From the UHGV virus genome UHGV-1491546: 39,185 nucleotides of DNA. The stretch is one strand, 5' to 3'. Source of the stretch: a virus. Shown here piece after piece: positions 7,650 through 15,214 of the stretch (its first letter is position 1; each line of letters starts with the position of its first letter). Under the pieces are notes generated by a model. The model made no database searches. It saw nothing but the letters and a program-made list of their open reading frames with translations, and had not been told where the DNA came from. Position numbers and translations under genes: made by a program.

Positions 7650-7736
7650 AGAATACTGTAGGTATTTTATTGTGTAAATACCCAAGGTATTTATTTTTGG
7701 TGAAATAATGATAAGCAAATGAATACAAAGGATATT
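7650..7736 (-). promoter_or_regulatory. OL operators and pL promoter
   Basis: Three 15-bp sites AATAC-N5-GTATT (third ATATT) at 7652-7666, 7677-7691 and 7722-7736; minus-strand -35 TTTACA (7673-7678) and -10 TATTCT (7650-7655) with 17-bp spacer. Confidence 0.6.
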
Positions 7737-7822
7737 TATTTTTTCGGTGTCTGCTTGTTCAGTGCTTTTTATGCGGGATATGTGAAGTGGATCCCGATAG
7801 CTATTGCTGCCGGGATTATGGG

Positions 7823-8191
7823 TTAGTCAGCGAAGGTTAAGACGAGAATTACCTTAATGATGTCTGCTACAACAGACACGGCCATAGATAAACCAAAGAC
7901 AATCCAAGCCATAGAGATGTCTTCACTACCATCGTATAGAGTTCCGTAATCACTGGTGTAAGGCGTAAATGTCGCGCCTTGATACAATAGGTATAAGCTT
8001 GATCCATAGAGGATAAATGCAGATATCCCTTGTATTGCCATGATCGCCAGAATCATGAAACGAGCTGATCTATGCGCCCAAGCCTGGCTTATTTTTTCTG
8101 ATAGAGATTTCGCAATAAAAGCATGCGCTAAGCCGTAAATTGTTGAGATTGCCAACATCCCCAAAAAGCTTGCTATAGCGGTTACAACCAT
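7823..8191 (-). CDS. multi-pass membrane protein downstream of cI (rex/sie-slot gene)
   Basis: ATG 8189-8191, 18 nt after the cI stop (track ORF starts at TTG 8212); 122 aa with about four hydrophobic helices; likely co-transcribed with cI. Confidence 0.6.
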   Translation of the reverse strand: MVVTAIASFLGMLAISTIYGLAHAFIAKSLSEKISQAWAHRSARFMILAIMAIQGISAFILYGSSLYLLYQGATFTPYTSDYGTLYDGSEDISMAWIVFGLSMAVSVVADIIKVILVLTFAD

Positions 8192-8208
8192 AATCGCCCC
8201 TTGCGTGA

Positions 8209-8925
8209 TCAAACCAGCCTTAGTTTTGTCTCAATTGCAACGCCTATAATCTTGCAGTTTCCATTGATTGGCACGAGAGGCCATGCAGGATTAAGTCCCT
8301 TGAGGTATTTATTTCCGCCGTCGATTATCAGCTTCTTGAATGTTGCTTCGTTAGAGTCAGAAAGTTTTGCTATGACCAAGCTGCCGTTGATCGCCTCCCT
8401 TCCGGTATCGAAAAGAACGAATGTTCCCTCTGGAATGCTTAACCCAACCGGTGCCGTCATTGAATCACCTTCCACTTTAAGCCAAAACGCATTACCTTGA
8501 ATATGCGCGTCAGACTCAAGCCAAACATCTATGTCTTTAATGGTGTATGGTTCGCATGCTTCACACCACGAGCCAGCCTGGATACTGCTTAACACCGGAT
8601 ACCTCTTTCCTGCTCTGTATTCCCCTGCATACCTTACGTTGGCATCGCTCTTAAGGCTTTCTGCCTGTTCTGCAACCTTGGCAGCAATTGACTGGCTAAA
8701 ATCAGCAATTGAGACTTGCAACAATCGTGCAAAACCAGATGCAACCTCAACGTTTAGCGCATTTCTGCCATTAAGATAATGCCCTACCGCTCCTTGGGTG
8801 ATACCCAGTTCATCAGCGATTGAGTATTGGGTTATTCCCAATTCTTTCTTTTTTGACTCATACAAAGCCTTAAGCCGCTTAGCGTCTTCGAGCTGTTCTG
8901 TCGTCAGTGATTTTTTATTTTCCAT
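8209..8925 (-). CDS. cI: CI-type prophage repressor (HTH domain plus S24 LexA-like peptidase domain)
   Basis: 238 aa; N-terminal helix-turn-helix (ITQYSIADELGITQGAVGHYLNG) and C-terminal autocleavage-type domain (VEGDSMTAP...); divergent from cro across OR. Confidence 0.9.
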   Translation of the reverse strand: MENKKSLTTEQLEDAKRLKALYESKKKELGITQYSIADELGITQGAVGHYLNGRNALNVEVASGFARLLQVSIADFSQSIAAKVAEQAESLKSDANVRYAGEYRAGKRYPVLSSIQAGSWCEACEPYTIKDIDVWLESDAHIQGNAFWLKVEGDSMTAPVGLSIPEGTFVLFDTGREAINGSLVIAKLSDSNEATFKKLIIDGGNKYLKGLNPAWPLVPINGNCKIIGVAIETKLRLV

Positions 8926-9031
8926 AGCTTAATTCTAATAGCTAAGGTACTTAAACTAAAAATACCCTGAGTATTGATTGCCTTGAATACCTGTAGTATT
9001 CTTTGTTCATGGTTAATAACGGAGAGTGCAT
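8926..9031. promoter_or_regulatory. OR operators with divergent pR and pRM
   Basis: Sites AATAC-N5-GTATT at 8961-8975 and 8986-9000 plus a degenerate site at 8937-8951, centres 24-25 bp apart; pR -35 TTGATT (8974-8979) and -10 TATTCT (8997-9002). Confidence 0.65.
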
Positions 9032-9226
9032 ATGATTCGAATGACACTTGCCGATTACGCCAAAATCCATGGACAGGCTAAAGCAGCCAGTGACTTTGGT
9101 GTAATCCAGTGCGCTATCAGCAAGGCCATTCTGGCAGGCCGTAACATCATGGTTACGGTAAAGCCTGATGGCAGTGTGATTGGAGAGGAAGTTCGTCCTT
9201 TCCCAAGCAACAAGAAAAACAAATAG
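9032..9226 (+). CDS. cro: Cro repressor
   Basis: [37 protein letters not shown]...PFPSNKK closely resembles recalled lambda Cro; GGAGAG SD before ATG 9032; track ORF starts at GTG 9026. Confidence 0.85.
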   Translation: MIRMTLADYAKIHGQAKAASDFGVIQCAISKAILAGRNIMVTVKPDGSVIGEEVRPFPSNKKNK

Positions 9227-9232
9227 TAACAC

Positions 9233-9277
9233 CGCTCTTTAACAGTCATGGTCCTCATTCCCGCCGAAATGCGGGAA
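9233..9277 (+). promoter_or_regulatory. nutR (boxA and boxB)
   Basis: boxA CGCTCTTTA at 9233-9241; boxB hairpin TTCCCGC-CGAAAT-GCGGGAA at 9258-9277. Confidence 0.7.
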
Positions 9278-9283
9278 TACAAC

Positions 9284-9314
9284 GCGCATAAGTTGATGCG
9301 CATAACTTCTTATT
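9284..9314 (+). terminator. tR1-like terminator between nutR and cII
   Basis: Hairpin GCGCAT-AAGTTG-ATGCGC followed by a T-rich tract ATAACTTCTTATT. Confidence 0.4.
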
Positions 9315-9334
9315 AGTTAAGGAAATACTTACAT

Positions 9335-9613
9335 ATGCAACTTACAAGTACTCGCAAGAAAGCGAATGCAATTACAAGCAACATCCTGAATCGAATTGCT
9401 GTACGTGGTCAGCGAAAGGTTGCCGACGCGTTAGGGATTAATGAATCGCAAATTTCGCGATGGAAAGACAGCTTCATCCCAAAAATGGGAATGCTTCTGG
9501 CTGTTCTTGAATGGGGTGTTGAAGACGAGGAGTTGGCGGAACTGGCTAAGAAAGTAGCCAGAATGCTGACAAAAGAAAAAGCCCCGAAGAACGGCGAATT
9601 CTTCGAGGCCTGA
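9335..9613 (+). CDS. cII: CII transcriptional activator
   Basis: 92 aa; motif SQISRWK...PKMGMLLAVLEWGV matches recalled lambda CII. Confidence 0.85.
   Translation: MQLTSTRKKANAITSNILNRIAVRGQRKVADALGINESQISRWKDSFIPKMGMLLAVLEWGVEDEELAELAKKVARMLTKEKAPKNGEFFEA
9571..9608 (-). terminator. minus-strand terminator inside the cII 3-prime end (OOP-like antisense RNA terminator)
   Basis: Minus strand: CCTCGAAGAA-TTCGCCG-TTCTTCGGGG hairpin followed by CTTTTTCTTTT; position matches lambda tO for OOP RNA. Confidence 0.45.
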
Positions 9614-9647
9614 TGTAGAAAGACTGGATCAATCCACGGGAGTAATT

Positions 9648-9809
9648 ATGACAAAACGTCGTAAGAAATACCAGGAAAAAGAAGAGATTCGACACCCTGA
9701 TTCACCTGAGGGATTAGTGGTAGCCGCAGCAAATAACAGGGCGTTCGCAGAGCGCCTTGTTGGTGTTTACAGACTAGCCAAAGCAGGAGTGAAACATGGG
9801 CGTCGTTAA
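9648..9809 (+). CDS. small basic hypothetical protein (53 aa)
   Basis: ATG 9648 preceded by GGGAG; MTKRRKKYQEKEEIRHPDSPEG...; below the track cutoff; overlaps the possible O start at 9796. Confidence 0.4.
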   Translation: MTKRRKKYQEKEEIRHPDSPEGLVVAAANNRAFAERLVGVYRLAKAGVKHGRR

Positions 9810-10686
9810 GTTAGCTGATTACAGGCATAACCCTGTACAACATCAGGAGGCATCCAGTATGGGGTATGTCTCTATACACCGCCAGTTTATGGACAGCAGG
9901 CTCTATAAGGACTCTCAGGCAGTACATCTTTGGCTTCACTTAATCCTCAAGGCTAATCACGAATCTACTGTCGTCAATACGGATATCGGGCCGATAACTG
10001 TTGATCGCGGTCAGATGATAACTGGACGCCCGTCGCTGGTCAGAGAAACATTCATCCCCGACAACAAAGTTCGGAGCTTATTGCGGACTTTTGAGTCGAA
10101 AGGGATGCTTAATATTTGCTCGATGGGGAAGAAATTTAGCCTGTTTACAATCGTTAAATATGACGATTTTCAGGCAAAAAATTGTCCAACGGTTGTCCAA
10201 CGGTTGTCCAACGCAAACACCAGTAATGGCGCGGCTCTCAGCGGAGATTGTCCAACGGTTGTCCAACGGTTGTCCATAAACAATAATATAAATAATATCT
10301 CTAATACTGACGTATTAGAGAGTACCGCAGCAGACAAAAAGTCTGACAAGAAAAAACCTTCCGTTAGCTGTCAGGATGTTGTCGATGCTTACCACGAAAT
10401 CCTTCCTGAAGCGCCAAAAATCCGCGCACTGAATGACAAGCGTAAAAACCAGATCCGAACGTTCTGGCGCAAAGCCGGAGTGATAACCCGCCAGCTTGAC
10501 GGGCATGGGTTCACGATGCAGGACTGGAGAAATTATTTGAGCTACGTAGGCGAAAATTGCCGATGGATGTTCGAAGAGCGTCCAAACCATCAACGCGGAA
10601 CCGTCTGGCACAAAAAGGGATTTGATTTCCTGCTTAACGATAATACCTACCTGAAAGTTCGTGAGGGTGAACACGATGACCGATAA
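9796..10686 (+). CDS. replication initiator (O-like, origin-binding) with internal ori
   Basis: ATG 9796 (AGGAG SD) or ATG 9859 (AGGAGG SD); the gene body carries six iterons and an AT-rich tract; followed by DnaB-type helicase. Confidence 0.8.
   Translation: MGVVKLADYRHNPVQHQEASSMGYVSIHRQFMDSRLYKDSQAVHLWLHLILKANHESTVVNTDIGPITVDRGQMITGRPSLVRETFIPDNKVRSLLRTFESKGMLNICSMGKKFSLFTIVKYDDFQAKNCPTVVQRLSNANTSNGAALSGDCPTVVQRLSINNNINNISNTDVLESTAADKKSDKKKPSVSCQDVVDAYHEILPEAPKIRALNDKRKNQIRTFWRKAGVITRQLDGHGFTMQDWRNYLSYVGENCRWMFEERPNHQRGTVWHKKGFDFLLNDNTYLKVREGEHDDR
10182..10320. repeat. replication origin iterons plus AT-rich region
   Basis: TTGTCCAACGG-like 11-mers in two tandem triplets (10182-10214 and 10248-10280) followed by AT-rich 10281-10320; encode the repeated peptide CPTVVQRLS. 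Confidence 0.8.
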
Positions 10687-12112
10687 TTTTTATGCGCCGC
10701 CCCATAGCATCGAGGCAGAGCAGGCGGTGATTGGTGGATTGCTTCTGGATGATGACAGCAGTGAGCGCGTCCAGAAAGTCCTGGCGATGCTGAAGCCTGA
10801 TTCATTTTACAGCCGACCACACAAAATCATTTTCGAAGAAATAACCAGAATGCACCGTGAGCAAAAGCCAGTAGATGGCCTGACGCTTTTCGATGAACTG
10901 GAGCGTAAATCGTTAACGGTGTCTGTTGGCGGTTTTGCTTATATCGCTGAGATCGCAAAGAACACGCCAAGCGCAGCAAACATCGTTGCCTATGCAATGC
11001 AGGTTCGTGAAACCGCAATGGAACGCTACGCCATCAACCGCATGACTGAAGCGACGGAATTGCTCTATTCCCGCAACGGAATGACTGCAACGCAGAAGTA
11101 CGAAGCTATTCAGGCGATTTTCACGCAACTGACAGACCATGCAAAAACCGGATCGCGTCGCGGACTTCGCTCATTTGGTGAGGTCATGGAAGACTGGGTT
11201 AGCGACCTTGAGAAGCGATTTGACCCGTCAGGAGAACAACGAGGAATGAGCACAGGGATCCCATCGCTGGACAGGATGCTGTCACCGAAAGGTCTGGTGA
11301 AAGGCTCTCTGTTTGTCATTGGCGCTCGCCCTAAGATGGGGAAAACGACGCTATACAGCCAGATGGCAATCAACTGCGCAGTTCATGAGAAAAAGCCTGC
11401 TCTGATGTTCAGCCTTGAAATGCCAGGTGACCAGATACTGGAAAAACTGGTGGGACAGAAGTCAGGTGTTAACCCGAATATTTTTTACCTTCCGGCGACA
11501 AATGACGCTGATGACGGCTATCAGGGTGATTACGATGGTGACTTCAACAGGGCGATCGAAACAGCCAATCGCTTGAGTGAAATCGACATGCTTTACATCG
11601 ACGACACGCCGGGATTATCTCTGGCTCAAATCGTCAGCGAAAGCCGTAGAATCAAGCGAGAAAAAGGATGTGTTGGCATGATTCTGGTCGATTACCTGAC
11701 ACTAATGACCGCTGAGAAGGCCGATCGCAACGACCTTGCTTACGGCATGATCACCAAAGGACTGAAGAACCTTGCCAAAGAGCTTGATTGCGTTGTTGTG
11801 CTTCTGACGCAGCTTAACCGCGCACTGGAAAGCCGAACCAATAAACGCCCATTACCAAGTGACTCACGAGATACAGGGCAGATTGAACAGGATTGCGATT
11901 ATTGGGTCGGGATCCATCGGGAAGGCGCTTTTGATGACAGTGTTCCACCTGGTGAAACTGAACTAATCCTTCGTCTCAATCGTCATGGCAATACCGGCAC
12001 GGTGTATTGCATTCAGGCAAATGGCGCTATTTATGACACAGACCAACAGTCTGCTGAAATGCGCCGCCGTGAACGCGAGGAACCGCAGTCCAAGAAGAAA
12101 GGAGGATTCTGA
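10676..12112 (+). CDS. DnaB-family replicative helicase (P22 gene 12-like)
   Basis: 478 aa from ATG 10676 (GAGGG SD); Walker A GARPKMGKT; DnaB-like N-terminal region; track ORF starts at GTG 10661. Confidence 0.9.
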   Translation: MTDNFYAPPHSIEAEQAVIGGLLLDDDSSERVQKVLAMLKPDSFYSRPHKIIFEEITRMHREQKPVDGLTLFDELERKSLTVSVGGFAYIAEIAKNTPSAANIVAYAMQVRETAMERYAINRMTEATELLYSRNGMTATQKYEAIQAIFTQLTDHAKTGSRRGLRSFGEVMEDWVSDLEKRFDPSGEQRGMSTGIPSLDRMLSPKGLVKGSLFVIGARPKMGKTTLYSQMAINCAVHEKKPALMFSLEMPGDQILEKLVGQKSGVNPNIFYLPATNDADDGYQGDYDGDFNRAIETANRLSEIDMLYIDDTPGLSLAQIVSESRRIKREKGCVGMILVDYLTLMTAEKADRNDLAYGMITKGLKNLAKELDCVVVLLTQLNRALESRTNKRPLPSDSRDTGQIEQDCDYWVGIHREGAFDDSVPPGETELILRLNRHGNTGTVYCIQANGAIYDTDQQSAEMRRREREEPQSKKKGGF

Positions 12113-12381
12113 TGAATAAAAAACAATTAGCCATTCTCGAAAAGGCATGGGATGCACAAATATCATGCGCTTTGAAAGAACAGGCACTACCAATAATCCA
12201 GACCAAATCGAAAATAGCCAGGCAGTTATGCGATGACGGATTCCTGAACGAAGTTGAGATTACGCGCCAGATGGTAACGTTCAAAGGGTATGAGATAAAT
12301 CATCATGGTATAGCGGCGTATTGCTCCCATCTTCCTGATGACGTTGACATTGATGAAATGGAAAGGGAGATGAAGGAATGA
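12112..12381 (+). CDS. hypothetical nin-region protein
   Basis: 89 aa; ATG overlaps helicase stop; AAGGAGG SD. Confidence 0.5.
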   Translation: MNKKQLAILEKAWDAQISCALKEQALPIIQTKSKIARQLCDDGFLNEVEITRQMVTFKGYEINHHGIAAYCSHLPDDVDIDEMEREMKE

Positions 12382-12464
12382 CCATCTACATCACTGAGCT
12401 TGTAACAGGCCTGCTGGTAATCGCAGGCCTTTTTATTTGGGGGAGAGGGAATTGGAGGCTTTAA
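12378..12464 (+). CDS. 28-aa single-helix hydrophobic peptide
   Basis: ATG 12378 overlaps upstream stop (ATGA) with GAAGGA SD; MTIYITELVTGLLVIAGLFIWGRGNWRL; below track cutoff. Confidence 0.35.
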   Translation: MTIYITELVTGLLVIAGLFIWGRGNWRL

Positions 12465-12467
12465 GAA

Positions 12468-12683
12468 ATGAGTACGATAGCTGAGCTTGTCAGGGCTAAT
12501 TTTCGTGAAGAGTTGGTGCGTTGGTATCGGTATCGTTCATCGTCCAGTTTGCCGATTGATGAGTTGTATGAGCATTCACCTGCTGCACGACGCTATCCGC
12601 GTGACCGTGTTCTTCGACGGTTGTCCAAACTCAACAATGAGTTTCAGCGCAACAGAATTATTCGGAGTCTGGATTTAAAGTAA
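12468..12683 (+). CDS. hypothetical nin-region protein
   Basis: 71-aa ORF starting 4 nt after the previous stop. Confidence 0.5.
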   Translation: MSTIAELVRANFREELVRWYRYRSSSSLPIDELYEHSPAARRYPRDRVLRRLSKLNNEFQRNRIIRSLDLK

Positions 12684-12693
12684 AGGAGTGAGC

Positions 12694-12900
12694 ATGACAA
12701 ATCAGCAGCAAATAGAGTTCATCCTTGAGCAGATTCGAAAAATGCGAGAAAAGAACCAGCCAGACATGATGGAAATATGGAGACGCCAGCAGGAAGAATA
12801 CCGCAAGCATATTTTTGGTGAGAGAAAACAGGATGACTGGAGCCTATATGGCTATGGCACCAGGACAAATAAAAACGGATATAGCCTTTACACATATTGA
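12694..12900 (+). CDS. hypothetical nin-region protein
   Basis: ATG 12694 preceded by AAGGAG; track ORF starts at GTG 12688. Confidence 0.5.
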   Translation: MTNQQQIEFILEQIRKMREKNQPDMMEIWRRQQEEYRKHIFGERKQDDWSLYGYGTRTNKNGYSLYTY

Positions 12901-12908
12901 GGAATTCC

Positions 12909-13319
12909 ATGAAACAGACAATTTTCCTCAGGAGTAAGCAACAACAGCAAGCCGCAATCACCGCCATCCTCGCAACACCACTCGATAAAGACAAGCCAGT
13001 TACCATCCGCATTACTGACTACAAGCGCAACCTTGACCAGAACGCAAAATTTCACGCGATGCTGGCGGATATCGCAAGTCAGGTTCAATGGTGCGGCAAA
13101 TGGTTAAAACCAGAACAATGGAAGGTTTTGTTGATAAGCGGTCATGCAGTGGCAACAAAGCAGGAAGCTGATGTTTTGCCCGGGCTTGAAGGCGAATACG
13201 TCAACATTCGCGAAAGTAGCGCGCAGATGAGCGTGAAGCGCATGGCAAGCCTGATTGAGTACACGACAGCATGGGCTATTGGTCAGGGTGTCAGATTTAC
13301 CGACAGGAGGTACGAATGA
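12909..13319 (+). CDS. ninB: NinB recombination protein
   Basis: ATG 12909 with GAGGAA SD; motifs RSLDQN.K and W.GKWL resemble recalled lambda NinB. Confidence 0.8.
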   Translation: MKQTIFLRSKQQQQAAITAILATPLDKDKPVTIRITDYKRNLDQNAKFHAMLADIASQVQWCGKWLKPEQWKVLLISGHAVATKQEADVLPGLEGEYVNIRESSAQMSVKRMASLIEYTTAWAIGQGVRFTDRRYE

Positions 13320-13498
13320 GACGACAGCGACGAAGCATCACCGACATCATCTGCGAAAACTGCAAATACCTTCCAACGAAACGCTCCAGAAATAAACGCA
13401 AGCCAATCCCAAAAGAATCTGACGTAAAAACCTTCAACTACACGGCTCACCTGTGGGATATCCGGTGGCTTAGAGAACGTGCGAGGAAAACAAGGTGA
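13316..13498 (+). CDS. ninE: NinE
   Basis: [23 protein letters not shown]...[22 protein letters not shown] matches recalled lambda NinE; ATGA overlap with ninB. Confidence 0.7.
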   Translation: MRRQRRSITDIICENCKYLPTKRSRNKRKPIPKESDVKTFNYTAHLWDIRWLRERARKTR

Positions 13499-13665
13499 TT
13501 GACCAAAATCGAAGTTACGAACAAGGAAGTGTCGAGCGAGCTTTAACGTGCGCTAACTGCGGTCAGAAGCTGCATGTGCTGGAAGTTCACATGTGTGAGC
13601 ACTGCTGCGCAGAACTGATGAGCGATCCGAATAGCTCAATGTACGAGGAAGAAGACGATGAATGA
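13495..13665 (+). CDS. ninF: NinF
   Basis: GTG start overlapping ninE stop; [41 protein letters not shown] matches recalled lambda NinF. Confidence 0.7.
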   Translation: MIDQNRSYEQGSVERALTCANCGQKLHVLEVHMCEHCCAELMSDPNSSMYEEEDDE

Positions 13666-14380
13666 GTTAATAAATGGCAATGCTATCAAAATGACAAGCA
13701 TTGAAATCGCTGAGTTGGTGGGTAAGCGTCATGACAATGTGAAACGTACCATCGAAACGCTGGCTAAAAATGGTGTTATCCGGCTTCCTCAAATTGAGGT
13801 TTCCGAAAGAATCAATAACTTAGGGTTCAATGTTCAGTACGAGCATTACGTCTTCGAAGGCGAACAAGGTAAGCGAGACAGTATTGTCGTTGTTGCCCAG
13901 TTGTCGCCGGAATTCACCGCTCGTCTTGTTGACCGTTGGCGAGAGCTTGAAGAAACTGCGGTTAATATCCCCAAAACGCTACCAGAAGCGTTGCGCCTTG
14001 CTGCTGATCTTGCTGAGCAGAAAATGCAACTGGAAAACCAGCTCGCAATTGCCGCACCTAAAGTTGAGTTTGCCGATCGCGTTGGCGAGGCCAGTGGAAT
14101 TTTGATTGGAAACTTTGCAAATGTTGTTGGAATTGGTCCAAACAAACTGTTTGCATGGATGCGCGATCACAAAATCCTTATTGCTTCAGGTTCCCGGCGC
14201 AATGTGCCAATGCAGGAATATATGGATCGCGGCTATTTCACAGTGAAAGAAGCAGCGGTCAACACAAATCACGGAATACAGATATCGTTCACCACAAAAA
14301 TCACCGGACGTGGCCAACAGTGGCTGACCAGAAAGCTGATCGATAACGGAATGCTGAAAGTAACAGGGGAGGCTGCTTAA
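13658..14380 (+). CDS. Rha-family phage regulatory protein with antirepressor-like C-terminal domain
   Basis: N-terminal IEIAELVGKRHDNVKRTIE motif typical of Rha; 240 aa; occupies the position where lambdoid phages carry ninG. Confidence 0.7.
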   Translation: MNELINGNAIKMTSIEIAELVGKRHDNVKRTIETLAKNGVIRLPQIEVSERINNLGFNVQYEHYVFEGEQGKRDSIVVVAQLSPEFTARLVDRWRELEETAVNIPKTLPEALRLAADLAEQKMQLENQLAIAAPKVEFADRVGEASGILIGNFANVVGIGPNKLFAWMRDHKILIASGSRRNVPMQEYMDRGYFTVKEAAVNTNHGIQISFTTKITGRGQQWLTRKLIDNGMLKVTGEAA

Positions 14381-14670
14381 TGGCTAATCTACGCAAAGAA
14401 GCACGCGGCAGAGAATGCCAGGTACGTATTTACGGCATATGCAATGGCAACCCTGAAACTACAGTTCTGGCACATTACCGGATGGCTGGAATTTGCGGAA
14501 CGGGAATGAAACCTGACGACCTGATCGGCGCATGGGCTTGTAGTGACTGCCACGCGGAGATCGACCGACGCACAAGGATTCTCGACAACAAAGACGCCAG
14601 ACTTTACCACCTCGAAGGCGTGATCAGGACGCAGGCGATACTGCTGAAGGAGGGGAAGATTAAGCCATGA
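14380..14670 (+). CDS. YbcO-like DUF1364 protein (putative nuclease)
   Basis: 96 aa; ARGRECQVRIYGICNGNPETTVLAH...CSDCHAEIDRR closely resembles recalled E. coli DLP12 YbcO. Confidence 0.75.
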   Translation: MANLRKEARGRECQVRIYGICNGNPETTVLAHYRMAGICGTGMKPDDLIGAWACSDCHAEIDRRTRILDNKDARLYHLEGVIRTQAILLKEGKIKP

Positions 14671-15029
14671 ACGAATATCAGTTTGTGCTTCCATACCCAC
14701 CGTCGCTGAACACCTACTGGCGAAGACGGGGAAGCCAATACTACATCAGCGATAAAGGCCAGAAATACCGAAAAGACGTTCAGCAAATCATCCGCCAACT
14801 CAAGTTAGACATTTTCACCAAATCACGACTCCGCATCAAAGTCATCGCAGACGTTCCAGACTCCCGCCGCCGCGACCTCGATAACATCCTGAAAGGTTTA
14901 CTCGACTCACTTATCCACGCCGGATTTGCGGAAGACGACGAGCAATTCGATGACATTCGCGTAATTCGTGGTGTGAAAGTACCAGGCGGAAGGCTTGGAA
15001 TAAAAATCACCGAACTGGAGAACGTATGA
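14667..15029 (+). CDS. rusA: RusA Holliday-junction resolvase
   Basis: 120 aa; PPSLNTYWRRRG...DVPDSRRRDLDNILKGLLDSL...GGRLGIKITEL matches the RusA family. Confidence 0.85.
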   Translation: MNEYQFVLPYPPSLNTYWRRRGSQYYISDKGQKYRKDVQQIIRQLKLDIFTKSRLRIKVIADVPDSRRRDLDNILKGLLDSLIHAGFAEDDEQFDDIRVIRGVKVPGGRLGIKITELENV

Positions 15030-15214
15030 ACGCCACAATTCAAACGATACCAGAGCTTCTTATCCAGACACGAGGCAATCAGACCGAAGTGGCGAGGATG
15101 CTTTCCTGCGCAAGAGGAACAGTGCTCAAGTACAACCGAGACAGCAAAGGCGAGCGTCACGTAATAGTTAACGGCGTCCTGATGGTCAAACAGGGCAAGA
15201 GGGGTAGACCATGA
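15026..15214 (+). CDS. ninH: NinH
   Basis: 62 aa; GNQTEVARMLSCARGTVLKY...IVNGVLMV resembles recalled lambda NinH. Confidence 0.75.
   Translation: MNATIQTIPELLIQTRGNQTEVARMLSCARGTVLKYNRDSKGERHVIVNGVLMVKQGKRGRP

Noticed and set aside
7314-7728. Minus-strand ORFs 7314-7496 and 7531-7728
   Set aside because: TTG starts, no SD; they lie in the GC-rich leader and across the OL operators and pL, so they are more likely non-coding.
10078-10279. ORFs 10078-10266 (minus) and 10091-10279 (plus)
   Set aside because: Generated by the ori iterons inside the O-like gene; alternate frames of repeated DNA.
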